A stretch of 45,917 nucleotides of DNA, taken from the IMG/VR virus record IMGVR_UViG_3300037761_000323; one strand, written 5' to 3'. Numbering within the stretch: position 1 is the stretch's first letter; each line of letters starts with the position of its first letter. Below are positions 30,584-38,500 of the stretch, piece after piece. The position numbers were made by a program, and so were the translations under genes. The DNA comes from a virus. Below the pieces are notes generated by a model that did not search any database, had not been told where the DNA came from, and saw only the letters and a program-made list of their open reading frames with translations.

Positions 30584-31674
30584 CGCTTGCCGAGCTCCCC
30601 GATCCAGTACTCCACGGCGTCGTTCCAGCCGACCGACTTCGCCGCCTCGATGAGGATGCGCTCCTCCCCGTTGACCTTGTGCGAGTCGAGCAGCTCGTCG
30701 AGCACCATGAGGCGCTCGGGGCCGGTCGGGAAGTCCCTGGCGAGCTCCTTCATGGCGTCGTCCCAGCGGCCGCGGTTCCTGCGCGTGAGCTCCTCGACGA
30801 TGAGCCAGTCGTCCATCGTGCCGATCTCGCCGAGCTTCGCCGCGGAGGCGTATCGCTCGCGGAGCCCGGGGTGCGTTTCGACCACCGCGTCGAGGTGGTA
30901 GACCTTGAGCCGGTGCTGATTCATGAAGGCCCGCACGCTGTCGCGACACCGTTGGATCTCGGCCTTCACCTCCTCGGGGCTTGGCGCCTTCGGCTTGGCC
31001 GGCGGCTGAGGTGGCTCCCCTGGGGTGCCAGCTTCACGCGCCGGCGGCGAGCCCTCGGCCAGGCCGACCGACGCCTCGAGCTCCGCAGCGGAGAGCGACG
31101 CATCGTAGCCCGGGATCTCGCCCGGATACGACGGACGGCCCTCGAGGCCGGGCGGATCCCACTTGCAGGCGCCGCCGTCCTTGAGCTGCGCCGTGTAGCG
31201 GCCGTTGTCGTTCACGATGCCGAAAAGGTGGCCGACCTCGCGGAGATAGAGCCCGATCCCGAAGAGCTCGCACGCCCGCTTGAAGGCGTTGGAGAAGTCG
31301 CCCTTGCCGGCGTCGACCGCCTTGAACTTCTCGTCGCTCTCGAGGAAGCCGGCCCCGTCCCAGCGCCACACCCACTCATGCACGTCGGGCAGGCCGTGGA
31401 CGTCGAAGGTCTGCACGACCCGGATCCCGACGCCGATGTACGTGTGGCCGGCGGAGACGCGGGCGTCGGACTGCCAGCCGCCGATCCCGCATACCTGGTT
31501 GAGCCGGTTGATGAGCGCCGGTCGGTTCACGTACGGGGCGCAGAGCACGAAGGGGCCCTTGGTGCCCTTCTTCGCGAAGATCGCTCTCCACTCGAGGTCG
31601 GCGGGCTCGAACGGGCGACGTAAGGCGGCGTAGAGCGCCGCCGCGGGCGTGGGGCTCGACATGGTGGTCAACAT
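30580..31674 (-). CDS. Rad52/Sak-type single-strand annealing protein with a C-terminal extension, 360-364 aa.
   Basis: APYVNRPALINRLNQVCGIGGWQSD...WDGAGFLE...GKGDFSNAFKRACELFGIGLYL matches the Rad52/22 core pattern. From the leader-word spacing, the second ATG at 31662 is the likelier start. Confidence 0.7.
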   Translation of the reverse strand: MLTTMSSPTPAAALYAALRRPFEPADLEWRAIFAKKGTKGPFVLCAPYVNRPALINRLNQVCGIGGWQSDARVSAGHTYIGVGIRVVQTFDVHGLPDVHEWVWRWDGAGFLESDEKFKAVDAGKGDFSNAFKRACELFGIGLYLREVGHLFGIVNDNGRYTAQLKDGGACKWDPPGLEGRPSYPGEIPGYDASLSAAELEASVGLAEGSPPAREAGTPGEPPQPPAKPKAPSPEEVKAEIQRCRDSVRAFMNQHRLKVYHLDAVVETHPGLRERYASAAKLGEIGTMDDWLIVEELTRRNRGRWDDAMKELARDFPTGPERLMVLDELLDSHKVNGEERILIEAAKSVGWNDAVEYWIGELGKR

Positions 31675-31686
31675 CCTTCCGAGGGG
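31674..31686 (-). promoter_or_regulatory. Minus-strand copy of the leader word CCCCTCGGAAGGA.
   Basis: The minus strand reads cccctcggaaggATGttgaccaccATG at the start of the annealase gene. Confidence 0.5.
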
Positions 31687-31743
31687 ATCAAGACGGGCGG
31701 CCGGTCCCGGCGGGCCGCTCGATCGCCCTGGAAAGCTACAATC

Positions 31744-32277
31744 TCAGCGTCCAACCTGCACGGGCTTCCGCTCGAAGTGGGGAAGGTCGTCGAAGCTCTG
31801 ATCGTCGACCTGGCGGTTCCCGTTCCAGTCGCCGCCCCACCGGATCGGGATGCCGAGCTCCTCCGCCACGCCGCACACGTAGCCCCCGAAGTAGTACCAG
31901 CGGGCGAGGTCCTTGGCGTACTCCTCGATCGCCGCGAGCAGCTCGTCGGCCTCCTCGGGAGCTGAGCCCGATCGCGTCTCCCGGACCTGCTCGTCGACGA
32001 GCTCGGCGATGCGCTTCCTCACCTTGTTCGTAGTCGGCCACTCGAGCGGGTCCGGCGCCGCGTCGACGGCGTTGGAGAGCGGCTTGTCGAGGTGCCTCGA
32101 GTCCATCGTCTTCGAGACGCCCTTCTTCACGTTCGCCCGCTGCTGCTCGATCGAGCGCGACGTCTCGAGGATCGTGTTCGGGAACCGCTCCCCGACCCGA
32201 AGGAAGAGCTCCTGGAGGAACTCGTGCGCGTCCTCGAGGCGCTCGAGGGACTTCTTCCCGTAGTTGCTCGTCGCCAT
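31744..32277 (-). CDS. Endolysin, peptidase M15 (VanY / L-Ala-D-Glu peptidase-like), 177 aa.
   Basis: SRHLDKPLSNAVDAAP (H-x6-D zinc site) and IRWGGDWNGN...DDLPHFE are typical of M15 cell-wall peptidases. ATG at 32277 is preceded by AAGGGG. Confidence 0.8.
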   Translation of the reverse strand: MATSNYGKKSLERLEDAHEFLQELFLRVGERFPNTILETSRSIEQQRANVKKGVSKTMDSRHLDKPLSNAVDAAPDPLEWPTTNKVRKRIAELVDEQVRETRSGSAPEEADELLAAIEEYAKDLARWYYFGGYVCGVAEELGIPIRWGGDWNGNRQVDDQSFDDLPHFERKPVQVGR

Positions 32278-32282
32278 CAGAC

Positions 32283-32311
32283 TTGCCCCTTGTCGCGATA
32301 GGTGGTATGGT
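32283..32311 (+). promoter_or_regulatory. Candidate sigma70-type promoter for the plus-strand DUF932 block.
   Basis: TTGCCC (32283-32288), a 17-nt spacer, then TATGGT (32306-32311), about 37 nt upstream of the ATG at 32348 in the divergent gap. This is a pattern match only. Confidence 0.3.
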
Positions 32312-32329
32312 AGGGGTGCAGGCACATAT

Positions 32330-32343
32330 CCCCTCGGAAGGAG
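32330..32343 (+). promoter_or_regulatory. Copy of the leader word CCCCTCGGAAGGAG.
   Basis: Ends 4 nt upstream of the ATG at 32348. Confidence 0.5.
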
Positions 32344-32347
32344 AACG

Positions 32348-33484
32348 ATGATGGCACACGAACTGGATTACAGCGACTCCATGGGCCGGCACGCGATGTT
32401 TTCGGTCAAGGAGACACCGTGGCATCGCCTCGGGATCGTCCTCGAAGATTCGCCCGACGTCGACTCGGCTCTACGCCTCGGCGGCCTGGATTTCGAGGTC
32501 GAGAAGGTCCCCCACTTCATCCGGCTCGACGGGCTCGATGGGGCCGTCGAGTACAAGCGGAGCGGCGACGCCTTCTCGATCGTGCGTCGCGATCGCCAGG
32601 AGGTGATCGGCACGGTCGGGAGCACCTACGAGCCGCTCCAGCAAGAGACGGCCTTCGGAGTACTCCGGCCCGTGGTCGATCAAGGCCTCGCCACGATCGA
32701 GACGGCCGGCGTGCTGCGCGGAGGGAAGCAGGTTTGGATGCTCGCCCGCTTCAACCTGGGCGAGATCGTCCGGCGCGCGATCGAGCAGGGCGGCGACCCG
32801 ACGCTGATCGAGCTGATCGCGAACGAGGTCGTTCCTTACGGCCTCTTCACCAACGACCACTCCGGCGCGGCCAAGGCCCGGATGAAGGAAACGGCCGTCC
32901 GCGTGGTCTGCGCCAATACGTTCGGCATGGCGATGGGCAAGGCCGAAGAGGGCACCTCGGTCGAGATCACGCACGGGAAAAACATCGAGGAGCTATACCG
33001 GACGGCGGCAAACATGATGCTCTCCGGCGTGGCGCAGCGGTACGCGCAGCTCGCTCGGGCCCGTGCGCTTCTGGAGACGACGGACCTCCGCGGGATGGAG
33101 GAGCGGCCCTTCCGCCGGCTCGTGCTCGATCCCACGGTTCCGATCCGTCACCTGGAGCGGAAGGTCCAGCGGCGCGAGGACACCGTGCGGACCCGGATCG
33201 CGCTCGACGCGGCCCACGGCAAGCGCGCCGAGATCCGGAGGCTATGGGACGAGGGCGACGGCCACACGGGCAGCGGGAGCGCGTGGGAGGCGTTCCAGGG
33301 CCTCGTCCAGTGGACCGACCACTCCTCGCAGTCGCTCAACGGCCAGGAGGAGCGCGACGAGCGCCGGGCCACGAGCCTCTACGACGGCACGCTCGGCAAC
33401 ATCAAGTCGAAGGTCGCGCGGGGCGTGTTCGCCTACGCGGCCGCGGAGAACGAGGACGAGCGGCTGGCGCTGCTCGCTGACTGA
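32348..33484 (+). CDS. DUF932-family protein (phage/plasmid-associated), 378 aa.
   Basis: ETPWHRLG...GGKQVWMLA...FTNDHSGAAKARMKETAVRVVCANT matches the DUF932/TIGR03299 pattern. Confidence 0.8.
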   Translation: MMAHELDYSDSMGRHAMFSVKETPWHRLGIVLEDSPDVDSALRLGGLDFEVEKVPHFIRLDGLDGAVEYKRSGDAFSIVRRDRQEVIGTVGSTYEPLQQETAFGVLRPVVDQGLATIETAGVLRGGKQVWMLARFNLGEIVRRAIEQGGDPTLIELIANEVVPYGLFTNDHSGAAKARMKETAVRVVCANTFGMAMGKAEEGTSVEITHGKNIEELYRTAANMMLSGVAQRYAQLARARALLETTDLRGMEERPFRRLVLDPTVPIRHLERKVQRREDTVRTRIALDAAHGKRAEIRRLWDEGDGHTGSGSAWEAFQGLVQWTDHSSQSLNGQEERDERRATSLYDGTLGNIKSKVARGVFAYAAAENEDERLALLAD

Positions 33485-33495
33485 CGCGCAGAGGG

Positions 33496-33521
33496 CCGGG
33501 GGGCTCAGGCGAGCCCCCCGG
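33496..33521 (+). terminator. Perfect 11-bp GC hairpin after the DUF932 gene.
   Basis: CCGGGGGGCTC aggc GAGCCCCCCGG. There is no U-run, so it may act as a terminator or as a stabiliser. Confidence 0.55.
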
Positions 33522-33554
33522 TAATGCACAGGCCCGGTCCCAAGTCCGGGCACT

Positions 33555-33568
33555 CCCCTCGGAAGGAG
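33555..33568 (+). promoter_or_regulatory. Copy of the leader word CCCCTCGGAAGGAG.
   Basis: Ends 8 nt upstream of the ATG at 33577. It is preceded by the small hairpin GCCCGGtcccaagtCCGGGC. Confidence 0.5.
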
Positions 33569-33576
33569 ATCCAACG

Positions 33577-33837
33577 ATGAAGACGATCGACCCCGCCGAC
33601 ATGGTTCCGGAATCGCGCTACGGTCCCGGCCACGTCTACCTCGGCTCGCTCGGCCGCGGACGAGTCTGCTTCGACACGCTCGGGCGCAAGCTCAAGGTCC
33701 TGCGCCAGAGCCCCGGCTCGACGGTCGTGCGCCGCGCGGGCACCCCGAAGACGATCAAGGGCCGCACGTTCACCCCGCCCGAGACGATCACCCTCTCCGC
33801 CGGGACCGCGGTGCGGTTCCGGAAGGAGGCCACTTGA
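33577..33837 (+). CDS. 86-aa hypothetical protein.
   Basis: ORF track with a strong SD. Confidence 0.55.
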   Translation: MKTIDPADMVPESRYGPGHVYLGSLGRGRVCFDTLGRKLKVLRQSPGSTVVRRAGTPKTIKGRTFTPPETITLSAGTAVRFRKEAT

Positions 33838-34028
33838 AGACGGCGACGACCACGATCCGCGAGACGCCCGAAGGGTGGACCGAGGACGAGACGGGCCGGC
33901 GGTGGAACACCGCGGTCGAAGCCGAGCGCGCGATCCGCGCCAGCGCCCCGGAAGGGATCCTCGTGGTCGAGTGGATCTATGCCACGCGCGTCGGCGAGAT
34001 CGTCGTGCGCTTCCTGGTAGAAGGCTGA
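33834..34028 (+). CDS. 64-aa hypothetical protein with a TTG start.
   Basis: ORF track. 4-nt overlap with the upstream gene. Confidence 0.45.
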   Translation: MKTATTTIRETPEGWTEDETGRRWNTAVEAERAIRASAPEGILVVEWIYATRVGEIVVRFLVEG

Positions 34029-34030
34029 CC

Positions 34031-34231
34031 ATGAAGACTCACAAGAGCGTGACCGTGGCGCGCTTGCAGGCGCTCTACGAGGCGGACGAGGACACGCTGG
34101 GCGTCTGTATCGAGTGTGGGGAGGAGCAGGACGGCGTTGAGCCCGACGCCGAGCGCTACGTCTGCCAGAGCTGTAAGAGACCGGGCGTATTCGGCGTGCA
34201 GCAACTTTTCCTTCTACTGACGGGGTGGTGA
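34031..34231 (+). CDS. 66-aa zinc-ribbon protein.
   Basis: CIECG...CQSC. ATG at 34031. Confidence 0.5.
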   Translation: MKTHKSVTVARLQALYEADEDTLGVCIECGEEQDGVEPDAERYVCQSCKRPGVFGVQQLFLLLTGW

Positions 34232-34234
34232 ACC

Positions 34235-34516
34235 ATGTCGACGAACGCGCTCAAGGACTTCATCGGCCGGAAGGGGACGGTGCGGATGGTGACGAGCAGC
34301 AACGCGAACAAGTCGCTCCGCGTCCCCTGCGTGGTGCTCGACGTCCGCGAGGCCTACGGCCGCACCGACTACCTCGTCACGCCGATCGGCGTCGACGGGC
34401 TCGGGGACCCCGATCTCTTCGGATCCGCGTGGGCGAGCGACGACAAGGTGACGCTCGATCCGGCCCCCGCCGACTCGCCCGAGTCCGACGTCGAGGAGAG
34501 GAGGCGGCTGCTATGA
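34235..34516 (+). CDS. 93-aa hypothetical protein.
   Basis: ORF track. Confidence 0.5.
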   Translation: MSTNALKDFIGRKGTVRMVTSSNANKSLRVPCVVLDVREAYGRTDYLVTPIGVDGLGDPDLFGSAWASDDKVTLDPAPADSPESDVEERRRLL

Positions 34517-34788
34517 GCACGCACACCAGCACACGCCATAGTCCGACTCCGCGGAGGAAGGTCCCGATCGCCGAGTCGGCGCCGGCGGCCCCGCATTGCC
34601 CGGGCTGCGGCGATGCCCTCAAGCCGATCTACGGCGAGGAGTCTCGCGAAGACTCGGACACGCCTTACGTGCGCGTCTTCTGCGGCTGGAACGCCTACGG
34701 CGCCTTTTGCACGATGCGCTGCGCGACGGCGTACGCGAATCGGATCTACAAGGAGACGGGGCGCCGTTACCGGAAGGCCGTCCGATGA
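34513..34788 (+). CDS. 91-aa Cys-rich protein.
   Basis: HCPGCG...FCGWNAYGAFCTMRC. ATGA overlap. Confidence 0.5.
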   Translation: MSTHTSTRHSPTPRRKVPIAESAPAAPHCPGCGDALKPIYGEESREDSDTPYVRVFCGWNAYGAFCTMRCATAYANRIYKETGRRYRKAVR

Positions 34789-34997
34789 GGTTCTACAGGC
34801 TCCACCGGCGGACCGAGGGCGGGGTCTCGGGCAGCTTCCAATTCTACACGCGCCGCGCCGACGCTGAGCGGGATGGTCGCGCGTGGGCGGAGCAGGAAGA
34901 CGAGGGCTGGGAGGTCGACGTGATGGACGTCACGCCCACGAAGGCCGGCATCCTGCGGGCCCTTGAGCGGTACGCGAGCCACGCCCGTAACGGCTAA
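34785..34997 (+). CDS. 70-aa hypothetical protein.
   Basis: ATGA overlap with the upstream gene. Last gene of the plus block. Confidence 0.5.
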   Translation: MRFYRLHRRTEGGVSGSFQFYTRRADAERDGRAWAEQEDEGWEVDVMDVTPTKAGILRALERYASHARNG

Positions 34998-34998
34998 C

Positions 34999-35532
34999 TC
35001 ACGGGGCCCCCGGGTACGTCCGGGGGCCCGACTCCTCCTCCCCCCGGGGCGGCGCTCCCGGGGGGTTCCCTTCGCCCTTCACGCGCCTCGAGCCGCCAGT
35101 CGCCGAGCGGAGCTTGGCGAGCACAGTCCCAAAGAGCGGGATCCTCCGCCCGCCGAGTGCGACCACATGGTCCTCGATCGACTCGAGCTCGTCGGCCACG
35201 AGCATCAGCGCGATCATCGAGCCCCCGATCCCGATACCCATGACGTCGGGGAGGCCGACGACGGGCAGGATCGACTCGAGCGTCCTGAGCAGGAGGAGGA
35301 TCATGAGCGTGCCCGCCTTGGAGTGGATCCCCGCCCTCGATCGTGCCCGGTCGTACCTGTTGGCGTAGAGCGCCACGCGCCGGCCCCAATACCAGTCGAT
35401 CGCGTTCGCCACGATGAGCACGAGGAAGAGGAGCCCAAAGACGTCCGGATACACCCAGCCGAGAAAGCCGCCGAGCGCGCCCGCGCCGACGCGGAGCGAG
35501 TCGACATCCTGGTCGAGACGGTAGAACATCAT
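34999..35532 (-). CDS. Holin (phage_holin_4_1 / toxin-secretion-lysis holin family-like), 177 aa.
   Basis: Three hydrophobic segments, IDWYWG...SRAGIHSKAGTL..., and ADELESIEDHVVALGGRRIP resembling the E.SI.EN...G..iP family motif. The start ATGATG overlaps the stop of the giant gene. Confidence 0.65.
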   Translation of the reverse strand: MMFYRLDQDVDSLRVGAGALGGFLGWVYPDVFGLLFLVLIVANAIDWYWGRRVALYANRYDRARSRAGIHSKAGTLMILLLLRTLESILPVVGLPDVMGIGIGGSMIALMLVADELESIEDHVVALGGRRIPLFGTVLAKLRSATGGSRRVKGEGNPPGAPPRGEEESGPRTYPGAP

Positions 35533-38500
35533 CCGCCTCCGCCCGGGAGCTCCCGGCCGAGCGCGCTCTGCGCGAGCTCGCGGGCCACGCGCCCGAGCGC
35601 GTCCACCGCGGCACGCTTGTCCTCCGGGCTCATTTCCTGGTCGCGGCGGATCGCTTCGACCTGAGCGCGGAGCTCCGCGAGATCGGCCGCGGCGGCCCTG
35701 AGCGTGGGCTCGCGCTGCCTGAGATCGGAGAAGGCCGGGTCGGCCAGCTCCGCCTCGTACGCCTCGACGTTGCCGCTGCGCTCGAGATAGCGGAGCGAGC
35801 TCGTCGCCACGCGCGCCTCCTCGTAGACCTGGTAGAACCGCGCGATCGACTCCGAATTGAAACCGGCCTGCGGGTCCAGAACGCCGCGGATGCCCGGGAC
35901 GTCCGTGGCCCGACCGCCGATCGGCGGAACGTCGCCAGACGTGAACGGAAGCCGGCCCTCGAGGAGCGGGTCCGCCAGCTCCGTCGCGACTCGGCCGAGT
36001 CCTCCAGTCCAGGCGAAGAGGAGGTTGTCGATCTCGCGCGGGCTGCCGATGAACTCGCTCGCAATCGGGATCCGATGCGTCCAGCGGGCGAGCATCTTCG
36101 CGACTTCCGACGTGTAGGGGCCCGCCTGGTACTGCACGCGGACCTCCTCCTCCGACTCGGGCACGATCGGGCGGCGGAGGAAGAAGCTGTAGTTGACCGC
36201 GTTCTCGATGAGCGGCTCGATCGCCGTAGGCGACGGGAGGAGACCCGAGACCTGGCCGCCGGCGAACTCCTCGAGGAAGGCTCGGAGCTCATGCCCCCCG
36301 CCGGGGCCCTTGATCGCGGAGTCGAGGATCCGCACGGGCAGGGTCCCGAAGATGAGCCCGAGCTCGAACGGCTTGGGGACAACCACCCAATCGTCGCCGA
36401 TGCGGAAGTGCCAGAAGAGGTCGCGCTCCCATTGGGCTTTCTCCCAATAGTCCGGGTCGTCCATGTTCGAGTAGTACTCGAGCAGCGACGGGACCGTGAT
36501 GATCGCGAAGGCTTTAGCGGTGAAGCCCACCGGGTCTTCGTGGGCCGCTCGAGCCATGCGCTCGTAGCCCTGGAGGCGGGCGTTCCAGAAGGCCGATAGG
36601 TTCCGGATCGCCGCTGTCTTCGCCCCATGGCGAGCGAAGTCGATCGAGACCTCCCTCGAGGCGAGCGCGGCCTGCTGGAGGGTCTCCTTCGCATACGGGC
36701 CCTTGGCCCCCTTGCCGAGCGCGAGCTGGACGCGGCCCTTGAACCCGTGGGCACCGCCGAAGGCGTGCTGCTGAGCTCGAGCGTTGAGAAACTCGCCCAT
36801 CCGGGTCGCGTCCTCCATGAGCGCGGACAGCGCTTGGAGCGCGTCGAAGGGAGTCTTGAGGACGTTCCTGATGCCGCCGCCCTCGACGAGGTTCGTGACT
36901 GCGTTCTGCATCGACTTCCGATCGAGCGACGTGAGTGCCGCACGGTAGCCTCCGGCGGAAAGCCACTGTTGATAGGCCTCGCCGCGGCGGAAGAGCTCGA
37001 AGATCCCCCGGGCCATGTCGACGCCCGGCACATAGCCGTACTCCGATTGGATGAAGGCCATGACCTGATCGCGGAGCGGGTTCCTGATGAGGAACTCCGG
37101 GGCGAGCGTAGCGCCGGCGCGGAGCGTGCGGGCCGGGATGCCGAGCCAGCGAGCCCAACCGTCGAGCTGCTCCGTGTTGAGCCCCTCGAGCGCGGCGTAG
37201 AGCTCCTTGTCGACCTCGTACCACGCGCGGCGGCCGTCCTGGAGGACGGAAATGACGTTGGGCTTGCCCATGTAGTCGCCGGGCCGGAAGAAGGCCAGGA
37301 CCTCCTCCGCCGGGTCGTCGAGCGTGATACCCGAGGTGAGGATCTCCCCAGGGGTCATGCCCGCCGTCGCCGCGTCGTAGCGCTCCTGGGCGAGGCGGCG
37401 CACCCGCGCGAGGAGCTCGTCGGATCCAGGTAGGATCTCTGCGAGCTGCTTCTCGATCTCGCCCAGCGTGAGCTCGACCCGCTTGATCGGGCTCCCGAGC
37501 TTCTCGAGCACGCTGCCGACGCCGGGCTTGTTGGCGAGCGACGCGAGCGCACGGCTGACCTGTTGTTTCTGCGCGATCTGCGTGTAGACCATCGCGTTCT
37601 TCGCGAGCGACTCGAGCGGGTCGATCACATCGAGCCCCGAGCCCTTGAGGCGCTTGATCGGGCTGAAAAGATGGCCGTACGTCTCCCCCAGGCCTCCGGC
37701 CGAGCCGCCCTCGCGCACCCGGTAGAAGGGCACGTACGACTGATTGAGCTCGAGGATCGCGTCGTAGCTGTCAGAGCTGATGACGCCCGAGTCGCGGAGG
37801 TACTTGAGCAGGCCCTCATTCCACTCCTGGACCCCCTTGAAGGCCTCGGTGAAGCGATCGCCATGCTGGGCGTCGAGCTGGCGGACCGAGGCGTCGACGT
37901 CCTCGTTCCGGAAGCCCGTTAGCTTGTCGCGCCCGTGGAGCTCCTGCGCCCGGCGGGCGACCATGTAGATCCGGAAGTCGTCGAGGTCCTCCACGACCGG
38001 AGCGATGATCTGCTTGAGCCCGGGCCCGATCTTGCGGAGCGTGCGGAAGTCGATCATGCCGTGCTCGAGGACGTGCATCCCCACGCCCACCGAGCCGCGT
38101 GACAGGCGGGCGAGTGAGTCGGCCTCGTCGGCGAAGTCCTCGACCCCCACACCCTCGCGGATCTTCTCGACGAGGCGGCGCACCGGCTCCATGTCGTCCA
38201 GGACGATCGTGCGCGCCCTCGACCACCGCTCCTCGATCGAGAGGGCCGGGGCGTCGCGATCGCCCACGCTGATCTTCGACCACACCCGGGAAAGCGCGTC
38301 GCTTTCGCGGTAGCGGGTCCAGTCGGCTCGAGCGTTCTGCCAGGACGCCCGGAGCTCGGGGAAGCCCTCGAGGCGCTCCTCGACGAAGCGGAGCGTGTTG
38401 GGGGCCTCCCTGGGGAGGACGTCGGGGTTGTCAAGGTAGCGCCGCCAGAACTCGGCCCATCCCTCGGCGAGCGATTCGTCGCTGATCCCCTTCGAGAGGT

